A DNA stretch of 64,000 bases from Ascoidea asiatica JCM 7603 (GCA_001600695.1 BCKQ01000001.1:2487521-2551520), one strand, 5' to 3'. Positions 24,085-35,328 are shown, counted from the first letter of the stretch. Numbers and translations: made by a program. Notes: a model not told the origin generated them from the letters alone.

Positions 24085-25680
24085 AGTGATAAATAGGTGG
24101 AAATATTTAAATTAATGGATTTATTGATTATTGTGATGAATTGATTGATTTTATTATATACATAGAAGTAAAATTTAGAAACTTTTATTATATAATACAG
24201 TAATGAAATTTACTTTTGAAAAAAAAAAAAATTTATCCACCGTTTAAGATATTGAGGTGAAATGAATTCGAATTTACGAAAAAAAAAATACTTGAAATGC
24301 AAGATTCGAACTCTTGAATAATAATTTACTTAACTTATTTAACTTGATTGATTTGTCCAAACTATTGAAATAATTAATGAAAATAATTGTAGAGGCGTAT
24401 GAGGAACCAAAATATAATGAAAAGTTAGTGGTGAAATACTGAATGTATGTAGTATCTTGATATATAATTGAAATAATTAGAAGAGAAAGGTCTATGAGCA
24501 GAACATAATTTACAAGAGTTCTGGGTTTATTGATAAAATTGTTTTATTCTGGATATTGCAGTAATTGAATTCGATAATGATATTTGATATAATATCTGGA
24601 GTATTATTTGGTCATTTTATTGTTACTTGATTTGAAGAAACAGAAACAAATTTGAAATGAATCTGAAAGTGAAAATGAAAGTGAAAGTGAACGAGAAATA
24701 AAAGCTTGAGTGGTTTGATGAAGTAGCCGTAACGTTTAAAAAGAGTTAAGTAGCGTTAACATTGTGAAATAGTACGGTATTGGCCTGTGGCACTATATGA
24801 CAAATTTCGTATCACTGTACGGTAGTATTTCTATCCCGTATTATTTCAAGGTAGGGTAGCCATCTCATAGAAATATTTCGCATAGCTCTAGCGATTCTCC
24901 CATTTTTTGAGTTGTCGTCTAGGCACACGGTATGGTATGTTCCCAGAGGGTCCCAAACGGAGCTCTCTTTCTCTGAACAGGGCACAGAAAATGCCGAAAG
25001 TTTCACTGAGTACCCCGGTATACTTAACTTTCCCAAATACCGGGACCTCTGAGGAAACAGCGGGCCTCATTCTTTAAAGCATTGCTGGCCTTCCACTGTC
25101 AAAAATCCCGGGACTTTGATAAAGAAATGGGCCGCTGGTGTTTCGCACCGTTGCACCAATTTGCCGTTTTGGCTGGTGCAAGGATGGCTGCTTAGTAATA
25201 ATAACTTGAAATTTCCCGAAAAATAGTGAGAATGGCTTTGTGCCACTCGCCAGTGAAAATCAATACTTAACGTTATCAACAACACCGTTCTAAGTTAGGA
25301 CTTTTAACTGAGGATTTGGGTTTCAGGACACAAATTATTTCCGTGATAATTTACGGACGAGATATGTCCCGTTAGTAACACTGGTGTGCTGATCATACAC
25401 TTCCTTATCTACTCTACTGTAGTATTGTAAAGGTTACCGTTCTTCAGTCACTGTATTTTTAATGTAACAAATTTATTTTACTCTTGTACCACCCACCATT
25501 ACATTTTTATTTGAACTTCTCTCTTTATTCTTCCTTTATTTTCCCTACAATTTATTCATTTTATATTTTACCGTATTTAAATTGAATCAATCAATCAATC
25601 AATCCTCTCTTAATCCTCTCTTAATTAATCAATATATCAATCAATAAATCAATATAAATTTATCATTTATTTAATTAATC

Positions 25681-26952
25681 ATGGATTTACGTGTTGGTGG
25701 TAAATACCGTATCGGTCGTAAAATTGGCTCAGGTTCTTTTGGTGATATTTATATTGGTGAAAATATTATTACAGGTCAAGAATTTGCTATTAAGTTAGAA
25801 AATTCAAGAACAAGACATCCCCAATTAGAATATGAAGCAAGAGTTTACAGAGCAATTTGTGGTGGTATTGGTATTCCTATGATTAGATGGTATGGCGCTG
25901 ATGGTGATTATAATGCAATGGTTATGGATCTTTTAGGTCCTTCTTTAGAAGATTTATTTAATTATTGTGCTAGAAAATTCTCTTTCAAAACTGTTTTATT
26001 ATTGGCTGATCAATTAATTAATCGTATAGAATATGTTCATGCAAGAAGTTACCTTCATAGAGATATCAAGCCTGATAACTTTCTTATGGGTATGGGTAAA
26101 AGAGGTGCTCAAGTTCATGTTATTGATTTTGGTCTTGCTAAAAGATTCAGAGATTATAGAACAGGTTTACATATTCCTTATAGAGAAAATAAAAATTTAA
26201 CTGGAACTGCAAGATATGCTTCTGTTAATACTCATTTAGGTATTGAACAATCAAGAAGAGATGATTTAGAAAGTTTGTGTTATGTTTTAATTTATTTTTG
26301 TAAAGGTTCTTTACCTTGGCAGGGCTTAAAAGCTGCAACAAAAAGACAAAAATATGATAGAATTATGCAAAAAAAATTATCTTCATCTTCTCAACTTTTA
26401 ACAAAAGATTTACCAATTGAATTTTCTCATTTTCTTGATTATTCAAGACATTTAAGATTTGAAGATAAACCTGATTATACCTTTTTAAGAAAAATGTTCA
26501 GACAATTATTTGTTAGAGAAAAATATAAATATGATTATGTATTTGATTGGACTATCTTTAAATTTCAATATTCTTTGGCTAATGAAAAGGCTAATAAAAC
26601 TGTAGGTTATAATGCAGCTTTAAATAATGAATCAAAAAATAATGATAATGCCAATCAAAATGAACTTTCTCAACAAGCTAATTTACAAGTAACAAATGCT
26701 CCTGGTGCAATTGAATGTTTAGGTCAAGAAATTAATTCTAAAAATCCACTTCAAAACAAGTCAGCTAATTCTCCAAGTAGAGAAGCTCTTGCAAAGCTAA
26801 TTTCCTCGAGAGCAATGGTTTTACCTCCTGACCAGAGTGGTCAAATAAGTTATTTTGAAAAAGGTGTTCCTAGACATTCTCATTTTCCAATCAATGGTGA
26901 TAAAAAGGTTGATGATTGGATTGAAAATCCATGGGAAGGTAAACCAAAATAA
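25681..26952 (+). CDS. HRR25: Casein kinase 1, delta/epsilon type (Hrr25)
   Basis: [66 protein letters not shown]; no C-terminal CC motif as in Yck1/2/3. Confidence 0.88.
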   Translation: MDLRVGGKYRIGRKIGSGSFGDIYIGENIITGQEFAIKLENSRTRHPQLEYEARVYRAICGGIGIPMIRWYGADGDYNAMVMDLLGPSLEDLFNYCARKFSFKTVLLLADQLINRIEYVHARSYLHRDIKPDNFLMGMGKRGAQVHVIDFGLAKRFRDYRTGLHIPYRENKNLTGTARYASVNTHLGIEQSRRDDLESLCYVLIYFCKGSLPWQGLKAATKRQKYDRIMQKKLSSSSQLLTKDLPIEFSHFLDYSRHLRFEDKPDYTFLRKMFRQLFVREKYKYDYVFDWTIFKFQYSLANEKANKTVGYNAALNNESKNNDNANQNELSQQANLQVTNAPGAIECLGQEINSKNPLQNKSANSPSREALAKLISSRAMVLPPDQSGQISYFEKGVPRHSHFPINGDKKVDDWIENPWEGKPK

Positions 26953-27354
26953 TCAAATTAATTGAATAATAAATTTCAAAAGAATGTATTCGATTCAAAA
27001 GAAAAGATTCAACCCGTTTCAACAAAATTACTTAAAAAAAGACAAAATATTTTCAAAGCATCAAAAAAAGAAAGTTTAAAAAGCAATTAAAAAAAGAAGT
27101 GCTTGATTTTCTTCCTCGTTACCTTCGTCTTCTTTTTCCTCCTCTAGATCTTTATAATAATAATCATAATAAACTTTTGGATCAACTAATTTATTTTCTG
27201 ATTCAATGGAAGACTTAAAAAATGGTATTGAATTCATGAAAATATAAATTTGAAATGGATTTGGTAAAATTTCAAAACACCTATTCTTAAAACTTATTGG
27301 TAGATATTCATTTTCATCTAATTCAAGTAATTGTTTAGCATTATCTTCTTTAAA

Positions 27355-27400
<46 letters not shown>

Positions 27401-27423
27401 TTACTATTATTATTATTATTATT
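27355..27423. repeat. Imperfect (ATT)n microsatellite
   Basis: About 23 units with 2 interruptions, downstream of HRR25. Confidence 0.9.
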
Positions 27424-27989
27424 AAAATTTATATCTTTTGAATACTTATTTGAATATTTTCTTTTATTGTTGAATACTATTGAATTGAGAATTATAAAAC
27501 AAATTACTATATATCACTTCCATTAGAAAATAATCTACAATCTTCCTTCTTCTTATTCTTATTCTTCTTTTTCTTCTCCTTTTCCATTCTCTTCTTTTAT
27601 TCTCCTCTCTTTCATATCTAATCAGATATTGATTTATCAACGAAATGAAAATTTCAAATCTTTTGTCATCACACATTCAGATAGTTTTAATTTTAAAATG
27701 TATGTAACAAAAAGCAAATCCCCGTAGAAACGGTATAATGTAGAAAGGTAACTAAATTATAGATCTCGCAATTAGTTGGTGCATCCTAAATGGAATATGA
27801 ACTTGAATCTAAATTTGAATCTAATTTTGGATTTAAAATTATATCTAAAATTCGATAAGTTACCGATTTTATCACCATACAAATGAAATTCAATATATTG
27901 AATATATAAGAACAAAGTTTTTCTCCTTTTCCTCTCCATATTACTTGCTATTATTATCTCATTGCAAATACTATATAATAAATAACAAA

Positions 27990-29512
27990 ATGAGTGTGGA
28001 TAATTTAAGAAAACTTAGAAATATATTTGATTATATAAATAGATCAGAAAGAAATAATCGGAATATCTCTGTAAATGGAATTTCAAGAAATATTTCATCA
28101 AATTCAAATCCAACTTTATTTTCAAATTTAACTAATACAAGACAAGAAAGTTTTGAAATATATGATATGTGAATTTATGAAATCAAAGAAATATTGAATG
28201 TAAAAATGGCACTGAATGTTATTCAATAATTAGAAAAAGTATAATCAATTACAGTTTTAAAAAAATTAAAGAAGTTATAATAAATATTAATAAAAAAATT
28301 TATTCAAAAAGATTTATATTAAAATGTTTAAAAAAATATCAATATTTCCAATTTTTTTAATATTATTTTTCATTATTGTTTTTTATTGATGAATGATTTT
28401 TTAATTTTTATTTTAAAATGTTTTCGAAATTTATTTATTTTTCTCATAATTTTATTTTTTCTCATAATTTGTTTTTTTCTAATATTTTTAGGTATTTTAC
28501 CTATCATTAGTACAATATTTACTGGAATTTGAACAATTTATTATTTATCGAATAGATTAAAACATTTTGGAAATATTATTATTTCAGATAGCAATGGTAT
28601 CGAAAGTTTTTCAAACAATACAAATATTATTAATGAAGAAAAATTCGTTGATAATTTGCATTCAAAAAAAACATTATCACCAACTCCTTCTCGTTCTCCA
28701 TAAAAAGATCAATAGGTCATTGAATCCGGTGATTTGGTGTTATAAGTTACGGTAATCGGATATCACTTAATAGAGTGGTTCATACTATACCCGACAACCG
28801 AAAAAGAAAAAATAATTATATTATCAGTCAATTCAATTAATTTTATTATAAAAAAATGTTATAAAAGTTTTCTAATTAATATTTAAATATATATATTTGT
28901 TATAAATAGAAAAGACGAATTGTATAAAATACATAGGAATAAAACACATAAAGATAAGCATAATGGCTACCGGCCATATTAAAAAAAATCCTATAGATTA
29001 TTTTTTAAAAATGATAAATATTTTATTCAGAAAAAAAATAAAAGAATCAATAATCATGAAAATAATAATCACAATAATAATGAGAATATATTATTAAGAG
29101 ATACAAACTAATCAATAAACAATATAAATCTATGTGATTTTTTTGTAGATGATAATGATGATTATGAAGATGACAACGAAGATAAAATGGTTATTAAAGT
29201 TGGAGATAGAGTTTTCGTCAAAATTGAATCATATCCACCATTGCCAGAAATGGTACTTTCCAAACATTTTAAAGTTCTTAAAGAAAAAGAAGTTAATTTA
29301 AATTTAAATAACAGAAAATATATTTTATTATATATTAAAAATAATAAATGTTGGGGTAATATAATTGTGAAATTTTGACAGATGATTTAATTTTAAAATA
29401 TATAAAAGAAAATAAAAGAAAAAATCATCAATCAACAAAAGTTTTTGAGGATGCAAAATATTTTAAAACTTTAACTAAATTTTCATTATTCAAAAAAATA
29501 ATAAAAATTTAA
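27990..29512 (+). pseudogene. Decayed ORF with PWWP-like (and possibly chromo-like) fragments
   Basis: Coding-like segments at 27990, 28719 and 29187 share one frame but are broken by stops. KVGDRVFVKIESYPPLPEMV resembles the PWWP motif; a 1-nt frameshift near 29375 restores KFLTDDLILKYIKENKRKN..KVFEDAK. Confidence 0.5.
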
Positions 29513-29602
29513 AGATATTTTAATTCTCTTTACTATATATTGATACTTTTTTATTACTTTATTTCTCCTTTTCTTTATTTCTTCATTATTTATTATTTAT
29601 TA

Positions 29603-29688
29603 TTTTATTGTTTTATTGTTTTATTGTTTTATTGTTTTATTGTTTTATTGTTTTATTGTTTTATTGTTTTATTGTTTTATTGTTTTAT
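29603..29688. repeat. (TTTTATTG)10 minisatellite plus a partial unit
   Basis: Ten perfect 8-bp units at 29603-29682, read directly. Confidence 0.95.
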
Positions 29689-29751
29689 AACGTTTTAATT
29701 CTTCTTCTATTATATCATATTATATTAATAAGCTACTTTTTGTTTTGTAGA

Positions 29752-29845
29752 GCAATTTTGCACAAGTTTTTTTTTTGATAAGTGGAGGCCTAACTGACAG
29801 ACCCTTAGGACTCCGGTTAAAAAAAAAAAACTTATGCAAAATTGC
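29752..29845. repeat. Long inverted repeat / hairpin
   Basis: GCAATTTTGCACAAG-T10 pairs with A12-CTTATGCAAAATTGC (1 mismatch); inner GGAGGCCTAA pairs with TTAGGACTCC (1 mismatch); 11-nt loop. Confidence 0.9.
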
Positions 29846-30240
29846 CCTTGTAGTGAGTGAAGAACCCAAAAGGGAAAAGACCCTTAAAAAACATAGGAAT
29901 TGAATGTACTAGTCAAAGGAATAGGAATAAGAATAAGAAGCTGTAAACGAAAATTAGCAAGGCACCCTTCCACCCTTTGTCTACAAATAGAACAAAGGAA
30001 AAGAAGCAGCAGCTTTAATTTTATATTCAGTTATCATTTCTTCTTCTTCTTCTTCTTCTACTTTTGCTGCTTGTGAATCAGTGCACCTGAGAGATATCTC
30101 AGCCATTTGATCACTCTTCGCCCGCCACTCCGTGCAGTCTACCCGCAAGAGAAGGATAATAGACCAGACGGGGGAACAGACCACGGCTGAAGAAATAAAT
30201 CTCCCCTAAAAAAACAGAATATTTACTGACTACCATTTAA
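29752..30240. ncRNA. Candidate structured non-coding RNA (family unassigned)
   Basis: GC-rich island without a credible ORF, containing at least 8 compatible helices (see findings). Confidence 0.35.
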
Positions 30241-31266
30241 TCTTATTCAAGAATTTATTCAACAATTAACTTAATATATTCTATATTTTCATATCTAACC
30301 TAATTTAATTCAAATATCAGAATATCAAAATATTAAAAATTAAAAAATAATTTAAATATTGCATTTATGCCCCTTTTTACCCATTTTTCAGGATCTAATT
30401 CCAATAATAGAACTAGAAAATCAACTTCTGCTTCAACTTCCCCCTTAAATTTAATATTGAGTAAAACTAAGTGAGGGCACACCATTGATAATTGAGAGCA
30501 CATTTATCCTCATAGCGGTGCAATAATACTTGTTTAGATAATTTAAGGCTGTAAATTAGAAAATGATAAAACTATTATTCTCAACCGGACAACGGAATAT
30601 TGCATCCGTAGTATCTTATTTCCCACAAAAACTTTTAGGTCCTCTAAAAAAAAAAGAAGAGAAATCTCTATTAAATTTTCAATTGATATTTCATTATCAG
30701 AAATCTTTTTATTATTTAATTTATTTTTAAAAAAAATTAGGCGCTACAAAATTTATCTCTTAAACAGTGAAATGTGTTCCACTGAGATTTTTTTTGTGCT
30801 CTTATTGAAGTGCTGTAAAATGCGAAGCTTTGTAGAAATAGAACAAAACAATAACGCATAACTCGCCACATCAATTTTACTTGCCATTTGCATTGACAAG
30901 TGGCTTTATCAAAATTAACACCCAAAAAAGGGGGTTGAGTATTTGTCAAAACTACAATTATTTAAATAGTCACATGATTTTAATTCGACTTGAATTTGGC
31001 TATTCCAGTGAAAATTTCTATCGTAGAGCACTCGGACATAAAAATGTTTATTAGCTTTAGTATCGCTGTTAAGTATTGGAGAAACACGAGCAGCAACAGT
31101 TCGTTTCCTAGTTAATGAAACGTGACTTAGAATTAACTCTTTTTTTATTCATAATAAACGGTTTAATAATTATTTTTTTTTTACTAAACTTCAACTCAAA
31201 AAGGTTCAATTAGATCAATATTAATATTATAAGAAGATTAATTAAATAAGCTAAATAACTTGAATA

Positions 31267-31635
31267 ATGAAAGGAAAAGTTAGAATAAGATTAGCTAGAT
31301 TTGGTAGATCTCATTCTCCAGTTTTCAATATTGTTGTTGCAAATGCTAGATCTGCAAGAGATTCAAAACCAATAGAAGTTTTAGGAACTTATAATCCAAT
31401 AGCTTCCCACTTACAAAAATCTTTTTTAAAAAAAGGTGTTAAGCCTATAAAGGAAATCCATCTAGATTTCAACAAAACAAAATACTGGATTGGTGTTGGC
31501 GCTCAACCAACAGATATTGTAACAAGATTACTAACTAAAGCAAATATATTAACTGATGACTGGAAAACTTTCACAATCCCTGATCATATTCTTGATCGCA
31601 AAGTGATTATACCTGCAAAATTAGTATCGGAATAG
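31267..31635 (+). CDS. MRPS16: Mitochondrial ribosomal protein bS16m
   Basis: [36 protein letters not shown] and [11 protein letters not shown]. Confidence 0.95.
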   Translation: MKGKVRIRLARFGRSHSPVFNIVVANARSARDSKPIEVLGTYNPIASHLQKSFLKKGVKPIKEIHLDFNKTKYWIGVGAQPTDIVTRLLTKANILTDDWKTFTIPDHILDRKVIIPAKLVSE

Positions 31636-31725
31636 TTTCATTAATTATAGTAATCAAATGACTATAATATTTCAATGATTCAGTAATTTTAGTGTTTTAG
31701 TTTTTCAAAAAACGAGAAAAACAAT

Positions 31726-31733
31726 TGTATATA
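31726..31733 (+). promoter_or_regulatory. Putative Puf3 element (UGUAUAUA) in MRPS16 3'UTR
   Basis: Matches UGUAHAUA 90 nt after the stop; Puf3 targets mitoribosomal mRNAs in budding yeasts. Short motif in AT-rich DNA. Confidence 0.45.
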
Positions 31734-31821
31734 TTTAAAAAAAAATACTAAATTATCTATAAAATTTATATTAAATACAATTATGTTTCTCATATAATAC
31801 TTATAAATCATAATTTATAAC

Positions 31822-34800
31822 TCATTTAGGAATAACCCCATATCGTAATCTAATTCCCATTGCTGCTAATTCAGAATCAAGATATTTCAAAACAAATGGT
31901 ATTCCAATTGTAACTGTATTTTCTCCTCCAATAAATTTATTTCCTTGTCCATCTTCCCAAACACTTGCATCATCAACTCCTATACTACTCGGCATAGAAC
32001 TTGAATTTAATTGTTTTGAACATCTTCTACATCTTACACTTGCATGAGCACCTATTCTTGGTACTGATGTTTGTGTTGTTAATATTGATCCACAAGAACG
32101 ACAAATTGAAGTTTGGGTATAATCTGAACAATTTAATAATCGATCTTGTAATAAAAATGCTGTACCATGCCCAATTAAAGCATCTCTTTCCATTTCTCCA
32201 ACACGAATACCTCCACTTCTTTTACGTCCTTTAACAGGTTGCATTGTTAATGAATTAACAGGTCCTGTAGATCTAACTTGAAATTTATCATTAACCATAT
32301 GACGCAATCTTTGATAATAAACAACTCCAATATATATATCTGCTCTTAATTCTTCTCCTGAAACACCTGAATACATAGGCTCATTTCCATGATAATTAAA
32401 TCCTGATTTTAATAATTGTTCTCCAAAATAATCTGCTGGTGTATCTGATTCACTAAATTGCCATGGTGTTGCATCTTGTGCAAGACCCTGCAAACTACCA
32501 ACCTTTCCTGCTAATGATTCAACAAACATACCAATTGTCATACGTGAAGGAAAAGCATGAGGATTAATTATAACATCTGGCTGCATACCACTTTCACTAA
32601 ATGGCATATCAATTGTTGGCCACCTTCTAGAACAAGTACCTTTTTGTCCATGTCTTGATGAAAATTTATCTCCAATTTGTGTATGACGAGGAATTCTATA
32701 TTTAATTGAAATTTGTTGTGATTCTTGATTATTATCTTCACCGATTAATTTAACTTCATCAATATATGCAGCTTCAGTCGAGTGATATGTTTTTATTTTA
32801 GTTTTTCCATATACATCATCATAAAATGCTAAAATTGGATCTCCTTCATTTACCATTACTCCAATTAAAGGTAAACCATCTGCATCTAATTTTTCTCTCC
32901 AATTTTCTGGCCATGAGTCATTACCAAATCCAAAATGTTGAGTTATAGGATCTCCTTTATTTCTATCTCTTGATAAATCAACTTTTTCAACTTTATATAC
33001 AGATCCATAAGCAAATCCTCTTTCATCTGCTGATTTATTAACAATCATCGCATCATCCATATCATATCCAGTATATGCAATAACTGCAACAACTGCATTC
33101 GTTCCATTAGGGAAATTATCCATAGCATATTCATCGTAGGCTTTAGTTTTCACTATTGGACTTTGACCAGATTGTAATTTATATAATTTATTATCTGATC
33201 TATGAACCAATGCAGTACCAGGTGTTCCCATTGTTTGTTTACCCATCTGGCATTGATACATATTACGCGGAGATTGATTAAAATCAGAAAAGGGAGTAAG
33301 ATTTGCTAGAATTGACAAGATATTAGTTGGTGAATATTCAACGTGTGTATGAACATTTTTTTCAATTTCTTCTGGAGTTACTGCTACATCCATATATACT
33401 TGTTCAAAAGATCCAAGGACATCTGGCTTATCTAAAGGAAGATAACGTACAGGTCTAGTAAATCTAGCTCGACCACCAAATAAAAATAATCCCGGGTATT
33501 GACCCTTTGTTGAAGGTGGAACATAACCAATTTCTAAATTTAAAGGAATTCCATGAGTTTTACTTACTTTCCAAAATCTTAAAACTTCTGCAATATGTTT
33601 TGCATCTTTAAAAGAGCACCATCCCATGATTTTACCATCAAGTTGAACACAACAAACATGGGGTCCTGCACCATGAGAATGTGATGGATAAACACCCAAT
33701 AAACTTAAAGCTTCCGGGACTTTTGATGAATCACAATTTTCCGTAGTTACTACACATTTATGGGATAAATGATTTAACAACCCACATGGAGATCCATCAG
33801 GAGTATGTACTGGGCAAAGAAAACCCCAAGAATCAGGCAATAATTTACGAACAGTAGTAGTTTTTAATTGAGCAAAAAAAGAACCTCTATGCACCATTCT
33901 AAAATGTGAAATGAAACGGTAAAAGTTAATTTTTTCTGCAACAACTGTATAACCAGAAATTTGTTGTAAATCTAAACCTGACTGTGATACCAAATTACCT
34001 GTAGATAAGAAATACTGTAATTTTTGACCAATATTTTCATTCATTCTACTGAATATTTTATGAATATATTTTGGATCATCAAAACTAACAGATTTCTGTC
34101 TCATTATATCTGAATCAATTTGTAATTTAAAATTGGCTAAATACTCTTCGATTTTCTCTTTAATTATCATACCATAAAGAAATCCTCCTAATAAAATTTC
34201 TTGATGCTGAGCACTATCTGGATTATCAGCTGCACAATCCCCTGATGCTAGAGTATATAATTTTCTTATCATAAAAAGCAATAATTTGAATTTATCTTTA
34301 TTGTCTTTTAGATGTACAAGAACAATTTTTCTCAAAAGTAATTCACCCACTTCAATATCAGATATATCTCTAGTTGCATTTAAAGCAACTCTAAACTTGT
34401 CACCTAAATGAGCTAGAGTTTGTTTTCGTGTATATAAATTATAAGATTTATAAGTTCTTAGTAAAATTTCTAAACGATCAGTTAAAAATGAATTTGAAGT
34501 ATCTAGACCTACAATGCCATCAAAAATTTGACGATCATTAGTTTCAACTAAAGCTTTTAATATCATCATAACTGGAATTAAATATTCATTTTTTCTCCAA
34601 GCAAACCTAAAAGTTACATTACCATCTTTTAAGAAATGTAAAACATTTGATTGAGAAGACTCATCGGGTCTAACACATCTGATTGAAAGACCAAATTTAG
34701 TATAATAGGCATCTCTATTTGCAAAAGATGGACGAATAATAGCCATTGGATGATTACGACGTGGTACAATTAACATACGAATAATTTTTTCTATACCATT

Positions 34801-35328
34801 TACAATAAAGTAACCACCTAATTCATCACTTTCTTCTCGAAACTTTACTAATTCATCAGGAGGGGAAGTTTCAAGATGGCATCTATTAGTTTTTAACATG
34901 ATTGGAATTTGACCAGCTTCTCTTGTTTCAAAAAATTCTTCACCGTCATTTACAGAATAACAAACTTTTAATAATAATCTTCCTCTATAAGTTGTATGTC
35001 TTTCACGACATTCAGCAGGATATATTCTTCTATTTACAGAAACATGATCAGTTTGAGGTACTGCGGGTTTTACTAATTGAACAGATTCTACTCTTAATTT
35101 TAATTTGTTTGCAGGTTGAGCAGGATCTCTATTATCAAAAATTGAAATAGATCCAATATCCTTTACAGCTAAATTGAGTAATCCTATATTTGATGAATCA
35201 GTTAGAGCATTAAAGGAACCAATATGTGGCTGTACAGCAGCTTTTAAATCAGGAAACGAACTATTATTATCCTTTGGGGGATTTTGAAATCGCTTTGTTG
35301 TTTCAAGAGTTGTGAATTTGACAGTCAT
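31822..35328 (-). CDS. RPA135: RNA polymerase I second-largest subunit
   Basis: PHIGSFN, GYFIVNGIEK, SHFRMVHRGSFF, LCPVHTPDGSPCGLLNH, NQSPRNMYQCQMGKQ, GDKFSSRHGQKG, YQRLRHMVNDK, GEMERD and the C-terminal Zn ribbon. Confidence 0.98.
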   Translation of the reverse strand: MTVKFTTLETTKRFQNPPKDNNSSFPDLKAAVQPHIGSFNALTDSSNIGLLNLAVKDIGSISIFDNRDPAQPANKLKLRVESVQLVKPAVPQTDHVSVNRRIYPAECRERHTTYRGRLLLKVCYSVNDGEEFFETREAGQIPIMLKTNRCHLETSPPDELVKFREESDELGGYFIVNGIEKIIRMLIVPRRNHPMAIIRPSFANRDAYYTKFGLSIRCVRPDESSQSNVLHFLKDGNVTFRFAWRKNEYLIPVMMILKALVETNDRQIFDGIVGLDTSNSFLTDRLEILLRTYKSYNLYTRKQTLAHLGDKFRVALNATRDISDIEVGELLLRKIVLVHLKDNKDKFKLLLFMIRKLYTLASGDCAADNPDSAQHQEILLGGFLYGMIIKEKIEEYLANFKLQIDSDIMRQKSVSFDDPKYIHKIFSRMNENIGQKLQYFLSTGNLVSQSGLDLQQISGYTVVAEKINFYRFISHFRMVHRGSFFAQLKTTTVRKLLPDSWGFLCPVHTPDGSPCGLLNHLSHKCVVTTENCDSSKVPEALSLLGVYPSHSHGAGPHVCCVQLDGKIMGWCSFKDAKHIAEVLRFWKVSKTHGIPLNLEIGYVPPSTKGQYPGLFLFGGRARFTRPVRYLPLDKPDVLGSFEQVYMDVAVTPEEIEKNVHTHVEYSPTNILSILANLTPFSDFNQSPRNMYQCQMGKQTMGTPGTALVHRSDNKLYKLQSGQSPIVKTKAYDEYAMDNFPNGTNAVVAVIAYTGYDMDDAMIVNKSADERGFAYGSVYKVEKVDLSRDRNKGDPITQHFGFGNDSWPENWREKLDADGLPLIGVMVNEGDPILAFYDDVYGKTKIKTYHSTEAAYIDEVKLIGEDNNQESQQISIKYRIPRHTQIGDKFSSRHGQKGTCSRRWPTIDMPFSESGMQPDVIINPHAFPSRMTIGMFVESLAGKVGSLQGLAQDATPWQFSESDTPADYFGEQLLKSGFNYHGNEPMYSGVSGEELRADIYIGVVYYQRLRHMVNDKFQVRSTGPVNSLTMQPVKGRKRSGGIRVGEMERDALIGHGTAFLLQDRLLNCSDYTQTSICRSCGSILTTQTSVPRIGAHASVRCRRCSKQLNSSSMPSSIGVDDASVWEDGQGNKFIGGENTVTIGIPFVLKYLDSELAAMGIRLRYGVIPK

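Noticed and set aside
24300-24316. B-box-like GTTCGAATC (minus strand) in a small stem; also GGTTCGAATT near 51668
   Set aside because: No A-box, anticodon arm or acceptor stem, so not a tRNA; at most an isolated TFIIIC site.
24812-25285. Short ORFs in GC-rich intergenic islands (also 29981-30184, 37225-37446, 42508-42942, 43797-44230, 60490-60964)
   Set aside because: Codon usage unlike the real genes, many non-ATG starts, no recognisable domains; expected where GC content is locally high.
29895-29935. UUAUUCCUA on the minus strand resembling snR30/U17 motif m1
   Set aside because: No matching m2 (AAACCAU) with a terminal ACA hairpin found.
27000-31200. Transposon, LTR element or CRISPR array in the HRR25-MRPS16 interval
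   Set aside because: No transposase, RT or integrase motifs, no paired LTRs or target-site duplications, no repeat-spacer structure; the context is eukaryotic.
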